Below are positions 1-19,085 of a DNA stretch of 64,000 nt, piece by piece. The notes beneath the pieces were generated by a model. The model worked only from the letters and a program-made list of their open reading frames with translations. It was not told the origin of the DNA and did not search any database. Made by a program: the position numbers and the translations under genes. How positions within the stretch are numbered: position 1 is the first letter of the stretch; each line of letters begins with the position of its first letter. The stretch is from the NCBI GenBank assembly GCA_964016885.1, contig CAXHJY010000702.1, forward strand, positions 1 through 64,000, in the 5' to 3' direction. This DNA comes from Eledone cirrhosa (taxonomy: Eukaryota).

Positions 1-5693
<5,693 letters not shown>

Positions 5694-6101
5694 GGCGGCG
5701 ATGAATTTGTTTTGCGAGGTTTTTTATATGAAATCGTGTCGAAACAAATATTGTCATACTTGGGGAGGGTCATATTTGTGTAATATTGCCAGAATTAATA
5801 ACAGACTGAATAAAAATGGCATAGACATACAATACAACAGGAGGAAAAGATAGCACCACTGACGATGTTGCAGATGTGCAACAAAAGATTTATGATAAAC
5901 TATATATATGTGTTTGTGTCTATATTGTATCTGTATTATTTTTGACCGTCGATCAGTCAATGGCAAAGTTGAGGACCGAGTAAGTTAGATTACCGATATA
6001 AAAGACACAGAAGCGAGAAGCGAAAACCAACCAAACAGTGATTATGTTCTGTTATTAATTCTGGCAATATTACACAAATATGACCCTTCCCAAGTATAAC
6101 A

Positions 6102-6149
<48 letters not shown>

Positions 6150-6260
6150 ATGTAAATATATATATTTCGTTTCTGAATTTGTTTAGCAAGATTCTTTATC
6201 TGAAAACGTGTGTTGAAACCGATATTGTTTACTTTGGGAGGGTCATGTTGCAAATAAGAA
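5694..6260. mobile_element. Decayed element with direct + inverted terminal segments (Penelope pseudo-LTR-like)
   Basis: 5703-5773 is repeated, diverged, at ~6175-6246; 5748-5805 is inverted at 6048-6105; abuts (TA)n. Confidence 0.45.
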
Positions 6261-6378
6261 ACACACGCACCAGTTGCTTTGACTTCAATTTATTATAATA
6301 AATTTATAAATTTAGGAATTTATAAATTTCCGGTTGGTTGGTTGGTTGGTTCCACAACCAGATGGTTGTTTATATATT

Positions 6379-6421
6379 GTCAAAGTTCTTTCGTCACACA
6401 TTCTGTGACCTCTTCAGTGAC
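6379..6421 (-). ncRNA. Type I hammerhead ribozyme-like motif (aged copy)
   Basis: Minus strand GUCA-CUGAAGA-G-GUCACA-GAAUG-UGUGAC-GAAA-G-AA-CUU-UGAC: stem I GUCA/UGAC, 6-bp stem II, short stem III. Confidence 0.6.
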
Positions 6422-6768
6422 CGGGGATTCTTTTCTTTGTTTTTGTGCCTCTCCTTTGTTCTGTCTTTGACATACCCTTAAAGAATGCACCGGATAGTAT
6501 CTGGGAGCTTCCAACAGTAATGGTTGCCTTCTTTAAGGGTATGTCAATATTTATTTATAAAACTGATCTATATTATATTTTATCTGATTAAAGCACACCA
6601 TAATTTAACTTGGTGTCCTTGAAATATGTATAATGAAATAAATATGGTTTTATAAATATAGTTTCCATTTGTTAATATCGTATTTTTACTCCAAATATTT
6701 GTTGAGTGCTTTATATCAGCTATAAAAATATTTGCTTGTTATATCCCAACAATTTAAATAGAACTTTT

Positions 6769-6804
6769 ACATATATATATATATATATATACATATATAT
6801 ATAC

Positions 6805-6849
<45 letters not shown>

Positions 6850-6955
6850 CATATATATATATATACATATATATATATACATATATATATATACATATAT
6901 ATATATACATATATATATATATACATATATATATACATATATACATATATATATC
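6769..6955. repeat. (TA)n/(TACA) microsatellite
   Basis: Direct reading. Confidence 0.95.
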
Positions 6956-9281
6956 AGATCAGTGGATCTGCTAATATGGAGATCTGACTTACCAGCCAGT
7001 CTGCTAATATGCAAATCAGGTCGATCAGTCAATATATATATATATATATATAATGTGTGTGTGTGTATATATACATGTATATATGCCAGTTTAGTTGCCA
7101 ACAACCTGACCATGCAACAGTTTGTACTAGGTTAAATGTAACCAGCAGTGCTCAAAAGCAACCTGACACACACAAACACATGCCTTTTATATATATTCAC
7201 ACACACACATAATGTGTGCATGTGAGCACACCCTATAATGTCCTTCAATACATTCTCCTTTTTCTAGTATCTTCAGTTTTCTGGTTGTGTCATATAATCT
7301 ATTGGATTAAGTAGTCAATCTGTAACTCTTTCTTGAATTTAGATTTGAATACTATCAAATTAACATAATTCTATCCCACAAATAATTCCTTTCCTTTCTA
7401 CCACCAGTGTAATTTTCTTTGCCTTCTTTATCTCAATTATGTTGTGTTGTGTCCTGTAAAATGAGACAAGCGCAAAATTTGATTGGGCTCTAAACTCTTT
7501 GTAAGAAATGGTCAACACCAATCGATAACCCCTTTTCTTGTCAATAAGGATCAAGTAATATTAACTATTCCCATCAATCTACTTAGCTTTATGTCTTGTC
7601 AGATATATAGCTTCTGATTCTTTTTGTGCAAGACGTGATTTCATTATATTTCATACTTTATCTATCTCCCTTTCTGGCTTCTTTTCAAACCGTTGCCATT
7701 ATAGTAAGCAATCAGTTATTTCTGTAACTTTTGCCCAGCTGCATGGCCTTCAATCAATTTGTCTGTCAATGAGAAGAATATTTAATCATACATTGAAACT
7801 TTCTGCTTTTACTATTGTATTGCAAAATATTGCTGCCCTTAATGCTGAAGAAGCCTACATTTTGATCAAATAATTGACAAAACTGGCAGTACTTCAGTAC
7901 TATTATGTTCTGTGAGAAGGAAAGTAATATAGAAATAGGAATCAAAAATCAAAATAAAATAAAAGCATTCTAATGTGATAAAATAAGAATGTATATGGTA
8001 TTTATCAAATAGAGGGGGTGGTTTATTTATTTGTTCATTTTGTTATCAGCATTGTAGTTTAGCAGTTGAAATGTTAGGTATGTGGAGAGCAGTGATTGCT
8101 CAATCATATAATAATAATGAGAATATTGCAACTACAGAAATATTTTCTGATGTATGCCACTTTCATATATCTCTAAGTTTAAGAGCTATAAAATCATCAT
8201 TATCAGCATGGTTTATTATTATTTTTTTTATTATTATTATCATCATCATCATTTTATATACCTTTTCCAGCCTATCATATGTTGGAATGATTTGAGCTAC
8301 TATTCTTCTAGATGGGCTGAAGTCTACTTCTCGCTTACATGTATTTCAGTTTTAGCATGTATTTTCTAAAGTCAACTATTTTACTGAGTTTATTGGGTGC
8401 ATTTTGTCTCAGCACTAGTGAAGTGGTTGTGTCCTTGACAATATGGAGTCTTCTCATCGTGTTTTGGCATGGTTACTCTGAGCTGCCCTTTTTAACAACC
8501 ACATTATATATTGTATTGAATACATTTTATCATGGCTCTAGCACTAGATATTGTCATGTTTTTTTTATTTAACCTAAGAGTCTGCCTAACATTATGCAAT
8601 CAAATGTAGAAAAACATTTTCATAAAGGCCACACCCATTTACTTGAATATGATAGTTGCTTATATTACATAATAATTATGAAGGCTAGAAAGTGAAAATT
8701 GGGATATGTAATCATATAATAATGTTCACATGACTTAGAGACTCCTTATTGACATATTACAAATTCCTAACTCAAAAATGAGTATGATATGAGAAATAGA
8801 AAGCTTGATTGAAATCCTGCTATTATGTTGCAATAATGCTATTCTTTATACCTTAGATTTATCAGAAAGACATAAAATCTCCATTTTTACCTGTTATATT
8901 ACTCAAGAGAAAAGCAGTATTAGTGATCTATTTTATGTGGACTGAAGGTGAATCAGAGGCTTTCACGGCAGTATGAGGACAAAGTTTTACTGATAGGGAC
9001 ATCTTTTGTGTGTGCTTAATCCAGCCCATAATGGTATGGAAAAGTAGACATACTTAAAATGCTGATTATATATATATATAATGTATATAGTGTATTGTTG
9101 GGTAACGTTTAATTACTGATAGTTCATCTGGCTGAGCACTCAATGCTAATTTGTGAATCTGGCTACCAATGTGAGATTCTACATTTGCGTCTTCACCATT
9201 ATTATATCCATAAGATGCAGCATATTAATAATAATGAGGAGCAGGAATATAACATCGGTTTATATATACATATATACTGCT

Positions 9282-9311
<30 letters not shown>

Positions 9312-9313
<2 letters not shown>

Positions 9314-9646
9314 CATCATCATCATCATCATCATTTTACATCCGCTTTCCCCTGCTTGCAAGGGTGAGACGGGAACTGATTCTAGCTTGATTTCTACAGC
9401 TGGATGCTCTTCTTAACACCAACCTCATTTACAGTGAGTGCTGGGTGCTTTTTTGCTGTGGCACCTCGACGCCCACTTTGCAGTGGAATGATATGGACCC
9501 CAGTCCCTATCATCTCATTTCTACAGCTGAGTAAACTGGAGCAATGTGAAATAAAGTGTCTTGCTCAAGGAAACAACACATCACCCGGTCTGAGAATTGA
9601 ACTCACAACTTTTCGATTGCAAGGCTAATGCTCTAACCACTAAGCT
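9312..9646 (-). mobile_element. tRNA-derived SINE with RTE-LINE-like 3' tail
   Basis: Minus strand: A-box TAGTGGTTAGA, B-box GAGTTCAATTC, CCTTGAGCAAGACACTT body, tail matching the LINE 3' UTR at 58081-58270, ends in (GAT)n; near-identical copy at 30140-30457. Confidence 0.85.
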
Positions 9647-9659
9647 ATATATATATATA

Positions 9660-9965
9660 TATCATCATCATCACTGTTTAATGTCCATTTTTTTATGTTA
9701 GCTTGGGTTAGATGAGTTTCCTCGTTGTGAGACAAGTCAAATCAGATGACCATAACTTACTCATACAAGATTGGTTTGGGCTTGGTTTCTATGGCTGGAT
9801 GCCTTCCTAACACAAACCACATTAACAGTGTGGGCTGGGTGCTTTTTGTCATGTCATCTACACTATCACTTTACAGTGTGGGCTGGTCGATTTACATTGT
9901 GGGTGGGTGCTTTTCTCGTGAAACCAACACTTTAGAGTGTGGGCTAGGCGCTTTTTGACATGATA
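9660..9965 (-). mobile_element. RTE LINE 3' UTR fragment
   Basis: Similar to 58079-58330 and 45306-45560 (GCTGGATGCCTTCCTAACA..., CAGTGTGGGCTGG), (CAT)n tail. Confidence 0.6.
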
Positions 9966-9989
9966 CCTATGTGACCACTTTATATATAT

Positions 9990-10633
9990 GTGTAGTAATA
10001 TACATGAATCGTAAAGTGTAAATGAACTGAGAGAGAAATTTGGCATAAGAGGTATCAGATGCAGAATAGGAAATTGTGGTATGGATATATGATGCATATG
10101 AATGATGACAGCTGTATAAAAATGTGCAGAGAGCTCAAAGTGGACAGAAGCTGTGAAGTAGGAAAACTCAAGGAGATTTGGGATGAGTTGATAAAAGCTG
10201 ACCTTGCATAATTGCAACTCTCAAAAGCAAAGACACAGGACAGAGCTCTCTGGCATTATGCAGTATTATGGAATACCCTCCTTCCCATGAGAACAGGCTA
10301 AAACATGCATCTAGTATGCACCACCTTCACCTCCATCCCACCTTCCATACACCTTTCATGAGATAACACATCACTCATGTCCTAAACCTCTGCCCCTCAT
10401 ACATGCCCATATATCTACCTCACCAATCCCCTCACATCTCCCCCACCATAGTTCCCATGACAAAAAGCACCCAGCGCATATTGTAAATGTGGTTGGTTTT
10501 ATGAGGGGCATCAAGCTGTAGAAACCAAGCCAGAAACAGTTCTGTATAAGCAAAACATGGTCAGCTGACTCTACTTGCCTCAAATGAGACAACCCATCTA
10601 ACCTATGCTATCATGGAAAATAGACATTAAACG

Positions 10634-10635
<2 letters not shown>
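9990..10635 (+). pseudogene. Decayed 5'-truncated RTE LINE 3' end
   Basis: Decodes to ELREKFGIRGIRC / MNDDSCIK / EIWDELI-like segments matching the RTE C-terminus at 55500-55800, followed by a 3' UTR. Confidence 0.75.
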
Positions 10636-10664
<29 letters not shown>

Positions 10665-10724
10665 TGTATGTATGTATGTATGTATGTGTGTGTGTTAATA
10701 TACATACATACAGACATTCTCTTC

Positions 10725-11325
10725 GTTGGTGCTACTGGTAACATGTATCCCAGTACAACCTGTCTCATGGTCGGGTCGTTGGCGACTAAACTGGCAACCC
10801 CACCAAGGTTTCTTGGTGAGGAGGGTGACTTTGGACATCCTGCAGGACTAAAAACAAAACCTGTCAAAGGGCAAAGGAGCTCTTAAGAGTCAATGGCCAT
10901 CCAAAATCAGCGGGAGAGATGACCCCTTAGCCTTTGTCAAGGCAGAATTCTAGGAGAAGGAAAACTCTGATATAACACCTGGAACCCTGATGGTATCCAA
11001 TGATGTTGACTTGTTCTTCTTTTTGGTAAATATCATCTTGGTTAAGAGAGTGGGACTGGCTTAGTGCAGTGCCTTTGCTCACTATAAAAGCTTCACGGCA
11101 CAGGCATTGCTTTATATCTGGAGATCTCTCTGCACTTGTTGTCACATGGTACCATGGGACCCAGCACTATGTGTCAATAATTGTCACAAGTGTAGTGTTT
11201 GTAACAGAGTTTTCAAGTCACTGGCTGGACTAAAAGTCACACTCATTCAGCGCATCGGTAGGGGTTCTCCTACATGGATATAAAGTAGTGGCCGTACTCG
11301 AAAACGAGTTGGCAGCCACCATGTA
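10725..11325 (+). mobile_element. ~600-bp non-autonomous retroelement (RTE-type 3' end) with 36-bp target-site duplication
   Basis: Identical 36-mer at 10689-10724 and 11326-11361; near the 3' end reads HKCSVCNRVFKSLAGLK, a C2H2-type finger remnant like RTE ORF C-termini. Confidence 0.65.
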
Positions 11326-12899
11326 TGTGTGTTAATATACATACATACAGACATTCTCTTCATATGTTTCCTTTTTTTTATATATATTTTTCACAATATT
11401 TGTAGTTGTTATTTTTTTTACCTAATTTGATTTTGTAACTTATTTTGTAACATTTCATACTTCTCTCATTGTATTTTATTCTTTCCAGTATTGGTATATT
11501 ATCACTTAATTCATTCTTCTAATTCCCTGTCTTTTCTTCACTCAGTCACTCTTTTTGTATATCTATTTGTCTATTTCCAACTATTTCAATCTATAACTTT
11601 TGTTACTCATTCTATCCTTTTTTGAATACTTACTCTACCTCTCCTTTTCGTATTCATTCTATCACCTTTTCCATCACCTTTTACCTCCTCTCAATCTTTC
11701 TGTCTCTTCATCTTTCAACCCATTTATTATTTCTAATATTTCTCCTCCCTGCCTTCCATTTTCCCCCAAATCACTTCCTCTGTTTTTATTCTCTCAAATC
11801 ACCCTTTACATACTCTCATTTTTTATCTCTGTTTTCCTCTATTTTTTTAATGAAAGTGTAGGTTTGGCCTGATCTATTTTGCACAGTCCAATGATTCCAT
11901 AACACCCATTAAATCAGAACCTAAACGCATCAAAAGTTCAAAGTGTATCATTCAAAACATACAAATATCAGAACTTTCTGTCTATAACCATACCTAAGAA
12001 CATTTTGACAAGGGATAGAGAGATGGAGCTAGATAGGTGAGCAAACTGAGAGAGTGAGAGAGAATATGTGAGAGTACATGAGACAGTGTTGAATAGAGTA
12101 CAAGAGAGTTAGAGCAACAAAACAAAGTGGGTTGAAACAAGTTTTAGTCCCGCCCATTTTCATTATTGTTTTTTCCAAACAAATAATATTCATTTGTCAC
12201 TAATTTCCATTTATAATTAAACTGTTCTTGTTGAGATTTGTAATGACTGAAATTTCTTCTTTACATTTATTTCTCTAAATTAGCCTAACAAGTATTCTAC
12301 TCTCTGATGTAATAATCAAAATTATAGACTGCTATTTTTTCTCCTCTTGTGTGACTGTCTATATGTTACTACCTTATTTCTCCACAATTCTATATTAATC
12401 AGTTTATGCATTTAATTTGTTCTAACCAGTATCTAAAACAAAAAGAACAAATAGTATTCTTAACTTTTATTTTGGTTTTGAAATAATTGATAAAATAAAA
12501 TACAATACATTAAACCAGGGATGGGAACATGCATTCTTCTGAAAGAAGGATGACATTCAAAGACAAACCTCCATGTTGAAGTATATTTTAACTGATTTAA
12601 TTTTATTTACCATTTATATTTTCATAGATAGTTAAAGTTGATAGATTTTTAGATGGTGTTAGTTTTTATATATAATCATATTTCATAAATATTTGAGGTT
12701 TAGTGAGACAATAGGTTATTTTAAATGTGACCTCACTGGATGTCAGTTCATTTTAATGTGATCTTCCAACACTAAGCATTTTAAACGATTTGATCAAAAG
12801 GTACATGCATAAGACTTATTCTTTTAGATATATTGACCGCAAATTTGCAGTCATTAGAGTGTATGACAAAATGACTTCCATTATTTATTCTGGTTCCCT

Positions 12900-12975
12900 C
12901 GTGCTCTGAGTTCAAATCTTGTTGCAGGTAAACTTGCTTTCATCCATTTGAGGTCAATCAAATAAAACATTAATA
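12900..12975 (+). mobile_element. SINE fragment (family with TTCATCC...GGTCGATAAAATAAAGTACC core)
   Basis: B-box GAGTTCAAATC plus core shared with 20670, 27638, 35965, 42200 and 31912. Confidence 0.55.
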
Positions 12976-13328
12976 CAAAGTTGTTATTTGGTGAAATTGT
13001 AAGTGTCAGATGAGATACTTTGCGACATTTGTTCAAGCAGATTACACTTTGAATTCAAATCCTACTGTGAACTACATGACTTCATCATCACGAATGCTAG
13101 AATTAATCCATTGCTCATTTAATACAACAACCTGATACTTGGATGCCTTTATTAGTGTTTACTGTGTTACAAATATTCAGGTCAAATGTCATTCTATTCC
13201 CTTTCTTGCCAGTCTCTGAGAATCTGAAACTGAAAAAGGATACAGGTACTTTCTTTCATTTTCTGATTAAATAGTAAAACTAAAAAAAAATAATATTCAG
13301 ATAAATATTAATATTTTATATTTCCTTC

Positions 13329-13413
13329 TTGTTGTTGTTGTTGTTGTTGTCGTTGTCGTCGTCGTTGTCGCCGCCGCCGCCGCCGACGACGACGACCCAA
13401 ACCCAAACCCAAA
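13329..13413. repeat. Compound trinucleotide microsatellite (TTG)(TCG)(CCG)(ACG) then (ACCCAA)n
   Basis: Direct reading. Confidence 0.9.
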
Positions 13414-13414
13414 C

Positions 13415-13800
13415 ACTTCTGCCAGTAGAGACCTGTCAGAAGCAACTATTTTCAACTGATCCACCTGCATCCCCTAGCGGGATCATCCTGAGTTACATGT
13501 ACTTCTCCAACTGCTTCAGTGGAATTCCATTCACATGTAGGGGGCACTGCACTGGGTTCTTTGAGAGGACACGTGTCTCAGTTGTTGCAGCACTGATTTT
13601 CATTCTACCCATGAAGCACTCAAGTGCAAGTCAGAAATCATGTTCTTTTGAGTTAAGTAGTACCATGTTGTCTGCAAATTCCAGCCGACTGATTCTACAC
13701 TTGCCAGTCATAATACTACTTCCAACCTAGCTATGCATGTCAATCCTGTTCATGAAAATAATGAACAGGAGAGGTGATAGTATGCACATTCTCACATTGA
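13415..13800 (-). pseudogene. Decayed LINE reverse-transcriptase fragment (RTE-like)
   Basis: Minus strand reads CILSPLLFIIFMNRI and RLEFADNMVL (RT motifs B and C). Confidence 0.65.
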
Positions 13801-13829
13801 TTTATTCAAACTAAATACATCACTGTGTA

Positions 13830-14650
13830 CATTGAATACTCTAAACATTGCCAATTTCTTTCTGGTTTTTCTGACTAATTATTTGTTCTCCTCATGTGTC
13901 CACCTTAAGATTCCTGCTCCATCTTTCAGAACTACCATTGCCCATGTATTAATGGCAAAAATTACATTCCTCTCTTTCAGTTTTGATTTCAAGATCAGTA
14001 CTACCCACATGTAGTATTCATGTCTTTCATCTCAACTTCGTTTATCTTATTCATTTCTCAAAACTCAAGATACTATCCCATCTGTTGCAATCACCCCACC
14101 TCATTTCAGTGCTAATATACAACACTTCTTGATACAAAATTCCATGCTTATATCCTTACTGAAGAGGTATATTTCCCTAACAAATGAGTCAATTTGATTC
14201 TGTCTCTTTCGAAAACATTTAAGGTCATCCATTAACACTTGTTTTTTTTTTTTATAAATACAGTCCCATTCTCTATAATTCATAACATCCTTAGGCACTC
14301 CAATATCCATCTTTTGGGGGACAAAGTAGCCAAGTTTGCATATCTTCTTGCAATCTCAGAGAATTTTTTTATCGATTAGCAGCTGATCGTTAGTACCTCT
14401 ACTTCATTGTCTACTACATTCCTTTTGTTCTTCTGAAAGCATATTTTCAGGGAAAATTCCTGACATTAGTTTCCACATAAGAAGACACAATATTGGCCAA
14501 ACATTGCCAACTACAATCCCTTTTGCAGGACCTTTCAAGCAATGAACATTTCTCCCATATGTCATAGAACTTATCAGTTTCTTACTGTCTAGCAGTTCAT
14601 TGAACACTGCTGCTATTTTTTTATGGATGGAATTGAAACTTTTTAACCAA
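13830..14650 (-). pseudogene. Decayed non-LTR RT fragment (R4/Dong-like)
   Basis: PILCLLMWKLMSGI, MDDLK and DISMEFCIKKCCIL motifs resemble RLE-clade RTs; frameshifted. Confidence 0.6.
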
Positions 14651-15417
14651 TACTCAACTTAATACTTTAAAGATACAATTGTATTTTCGGAGGAAAGCAG
14701 CCATAATGTATTATTCTTGTTTAATTTATTATTTTTTAACACATTTTTTTAACTCCACCAATAGCCATCTTTTGCATAAGATATTAACCTAAAGCAGTTT
14801 ACCCAAAATATTAACTATTTCAATTTCATCTTGCAAGTATAACAGTTTAATATGTTTCAGAGATGCCATGCCTTTTTCTTATAATACTTAGACAGATAAA
14901 TTTGTTCCTATAAATTTATTATATCAAGTGTGTAAAAATTTAGTTAAATAAAAATGTCAAAATCTGAAGTATCATCAATGCCTGCTAACAAAATATAAAT
15001 TGCATATATTTAATGGAAATTTTAATAAAATATCATTAATTGAATATTATATAAATGAAAACTGGTTTAGATAAAATGAGCGTCATTTTGTAGAATAATA
15101 CATTAATGAATATATAAAAAATTCCTGTGGAAATAACAATGGCCAGCTAGATTTATTAAACTTTCATCTTAAATGTTTAAAGTCTTAACCCTTATAGCAG
15201 GACTAGACTGATATATTGGACTAGATACGACAGTCAATAACACTACACATGATATATCTGTTAACAATTTAGTACTCATGTATTATGTTTAACAATTAAC
15301 CTATAGTGCTTTTTGTTATATAGACAAAAATAATATAGTACTAAAGAGTTAGTAAATAATGATGGTATAAAACAGCAAACATTTATTTCAATAGAGTTCA
15401 AAACTAGTAGTGTTGTT

Positions 15418-15560
15418 CAGGTGTGTTGTTTAGTGGTTATGGTGCTGGGCTCACAAGTGTAAATTTGTGAATTTGATTCCTGACTGGGTGGCACATTTTG
15501 TTCTTGAGCAAGACACTTTATTTTCATGTTGTTCCAGTTCACTTAGTTGAAATAAATGAG
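15418..15560 (+). mobile_element. tRNA-derived SINE (diverged)
   Basis: TAGTGGTTA A-box, degenerate B-box, TTGAGCAAGACACTTTATTT body as in 9312-9646. Confidence 0.65.
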
Positions 15561-18500
15561 TTATGACAACACTATTGCCAAGTTGTATCAGCCTTTGGTT
15601 TTCCCTTAGACAGCATCAATGTCATAGAGATGGGAGGCTTGCTTGGATGTGTGACTGCTGGTCTTTCACAAAGACAACCTGAGATGGCTCTTTCCTGTGC
15701 AAAAAAAAATTCTATAATTTCAGGGAAATGTTGTCATCAAGTAGAGCAGAGCCTTTCCTTTGGTATAGTACAAACCTCTATTATTTTATAAAGTAATGGG
15801 CTATATGTTTAAATCCATTTACTCACCTTACATTTCCCTTTGAGTAATATAATTAATATCTTTCTGTGCTCTCTTCTGAATCATTTAAAATGTAAGTTCT
15901 GAAGTCTAAGCATCCAACTAACTTCATGACAATCTACTCAAGTTTGTGACATCAGACCACATACATTTGCTTAGATTTATACGAGATAAAGATATAATAT
16001 AATATAGATGTAATGTCTGATTGAATAAACTACTATATGTTCAGTTTCCACAATTTTATTCACTCTTATTACATTTATCTATTTTATCATCAGTCTATTT
16101 AATAATGAATGGTGGACTGCCTCTTCTGCAATAACTTACTGCCATTTAGTCTTCTGACTTTTTAACAAAATCTAACTAGTTTCATGCTTTAACAAATCTA
16201 TAAAGCAGCAACTAACTCCTCTTATCGTCTTTCCCTTTCAATGTTGATTCTATTGACTTAATATGAGGAAATTAGTTGATTCTCTAACTATATATCAAAT
16301 AGTAACACAATGTGTTCATGACACAATGATGCAGTCTTTGCATCTAACAATTATCCCTGAATGCAAGCAAGATATATCGTTATCACTTCAGTATGGATAC
16401 TTGGTTTACTGTTGAATACATCTACAATGCTGCTTTCAGATGTATATTGTCTACAAATGACCTATGCATTGCTGATTTATGGTGAAAGAACAACAACAGA
16501 GTTTTGACCTATAGAATTATCTGATGACTATGTATATTTCTACTGTATTTATATGTTTAGTTCATTTGTTGTTCATATCTGATCAATTTTGTTATTAATA
16601 ATATACTTTACACACCAAAGAAATATGATACATCTCTACTGCTTATCATGTCAACTTTGATAATGTTACCTTGCTGATCGATAAACATGAGAAAGAACAT
16701 TTAATTGAGAATGATAAAATATTTAAAAGCTTTCAATACTGTCTCAAAGATTTCCTCTGAGTATTTTAATCGATACAGAAATAGTCACAATTGGCAGTTG
16801 ACTTTTAAATGATAAATAAACTGATATATTACAAAAATATCAATTACGATATACTGCCTATGGTCAGTAGCAAATTAAGTAATTTGAACGTGCTCTAATT
16901 TGAATATTTTAGCATTCAGTTGTTAAGGTTTTCTTTTTACTATGAAATCCTTTCCTTGCAAATAGAAGGGTGTTTATATTTTGTTGTTGTTTATCCCCAG
17001 ATCAGCACTAATTTGCTCATTTGGATTCCACCTATGACAATCTTTATCTTTTTTCAAACAGTGTATGAACGTCTGTATTGTAAGCTCTGTCTCTTAAGAG
17101 AGTAGGATATGATTTGTAAAAGATTTGGCTGCTATGTCTACATGGAGGTTTCCTCCTTATTTAACAACATTCCAAGCTCTACTAATAGTATATAATTGCA
17201 ATAAATGTCCAAAAAGCTAAGTAGCAAAATATATTTTGTTATTCTGTTCTCAAGAATGAGAAAACAAATAAGATACAGGCTCAATATAGAATAAAAAAGA
17301 TGGTAAATTTATAAGTATAAACGAATAAACAAATTCTGAAGGAAGATAATTAGGGAGACTTAAATATTGTATTTTCTCATCTTAAAACCTTTAATTTCTA
17401 TGTATTTGAGTGCTGGTGTCACAATAAAATGATCCCTGTACAGTGGTTGAGATTAGGAAAAGCAGACACCCATACAAACGACACCAAATATTGATTGTAA
17501 GAATCAAGATGTAATTCTCTTAACAGTCTAGTCATGGACCATTACAACTTATCCAAATGATGATGATGATGGAAAATATCCTTATAAGAAAAGGATATTT
17601 AATGGAGATGGCTACAGCTTAAATAACATTCACAATGCACTGGCTGTTGTCTGATAGATTTCTCATCGAACCCATAATAGAGGAAACATATGGTGCCTAA
17701 AGTCCTTGAATCACCTACCTGCTCAATTTAATTGGGATGGAGATGGCCAGCCATTTGCAAGAACTAACCCTGCAAGCTAGATTAACTCTTTCATCCTTGA
17801 AGGTTATACATTTGCCATTCTGATCAGTGGATCTATGGGACGATCATAAGATTACATATCAGATTCTAGTAACAGTTTCAAAATACTTTGAGCTTAAATA
17901 TAGAAGAGAACCTTTACAAAAGTATGGATTGTGTTTGCATAAGTAAATAATGTATAGACATAGAAGATGGGTAAATATCAGTTTTAAAACCACAAAATAA
18001 TAGCTACATGTAATACCATGTATTTCAACAAAAGGGATTCAATACTCTTGAAGTTAGAAGCTAATGGCAATTTAACTATCTAAATATCAGCTCTTAATTT
18101 GAAATTTGAAAATTGATTTTAGAAAATGGAATTGTTGGTTTATACCGTTTAGAAAGTAAATGGATACACAATGGCAAAGTCCTTATAATTTGCAATATTG
18201 ATATAAGAAGACATGAATTCTATTGTTAGTTTAGATTAGTTTGTGTATCAGGGTAAGACGTGACATGGTTTTTTTAGAGTTGGGCTCATGATCACAAGGT
18301 TGTAAGTTTTACTATTGGATCACTGATTCCAAGATATATCAGCATTTGCTTTTTCCTTGGTAGCAAGCTCAGGCAACTGCTTTGTGCCATAAGGAGATTT
18401 TCAGGTGTAAACCCATGGTGAATCATCACTGTATTAAGTGTACCATTCTTCTCACTTGTTTATGACGGACTTCTCTACAATTCCCTTTACTAAATTTCAT

Positions 18501-18599
18501 TCAGAAGACACTTCCCCCGAACCTGGAATCATGTGGCTACATAGCAAACTTCTTTATCACACATCCATACATATTGATACACATAAAACAAATAAAGCT

Positions 18600-19085
18600 A
18601 GAAAAGAGAAAAAAAGAAGGCTTAGGCGAGAGTGGAGATATAAAAATGAGAGAGAGTGCATTTTGTAGTGAAACCTGAGTGTATATATGTATGAGTGTGT
18701 GTTGGATGAATAGAATTACAGAATTAGATAGATGGATAAAGAGAAATTGGGGTGGAGGCATGTGTATATGTGTAATAATGCAGGTGAAAGATACTAGGCT
18801 GGGCAGGAGAGAATTTTTTTGTAGTAAATGTTGTGTGTATATGTAGTTATTTGTTTTTTCTGTGTGATAAATAGAAATAAATAGATGAATACATAGCAGA
18901 AAAAGGGGGACTGGTATGTGGACTAATGCAGGTGGAAAATGCTAGACTGGGTAGCAGAACATTTTTTTGTAATAAAAGTTGTGTTTGTGTATGTATGTGG
19001 GATAAATAGATAAATACATAGCAGGGAGAAGGAGGACAAGTATCTGTACTAATGCAGGTAAAAAATGCTAGACTTGGCAGCTGAT
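18600..19085. repeat. Degenerate ~125-150-bp tandem triplication
   Basis: AATGCAGGT..A.A..CTAG.CT.GG recurs near 18777, 18925 and 19051. Confidence 0.6.

Noticed and set aside
5859-5890. CTGACGA + 7-bp hairpin as a hammerhead
   Set aside because: GAAA, stem III and stem I are missing
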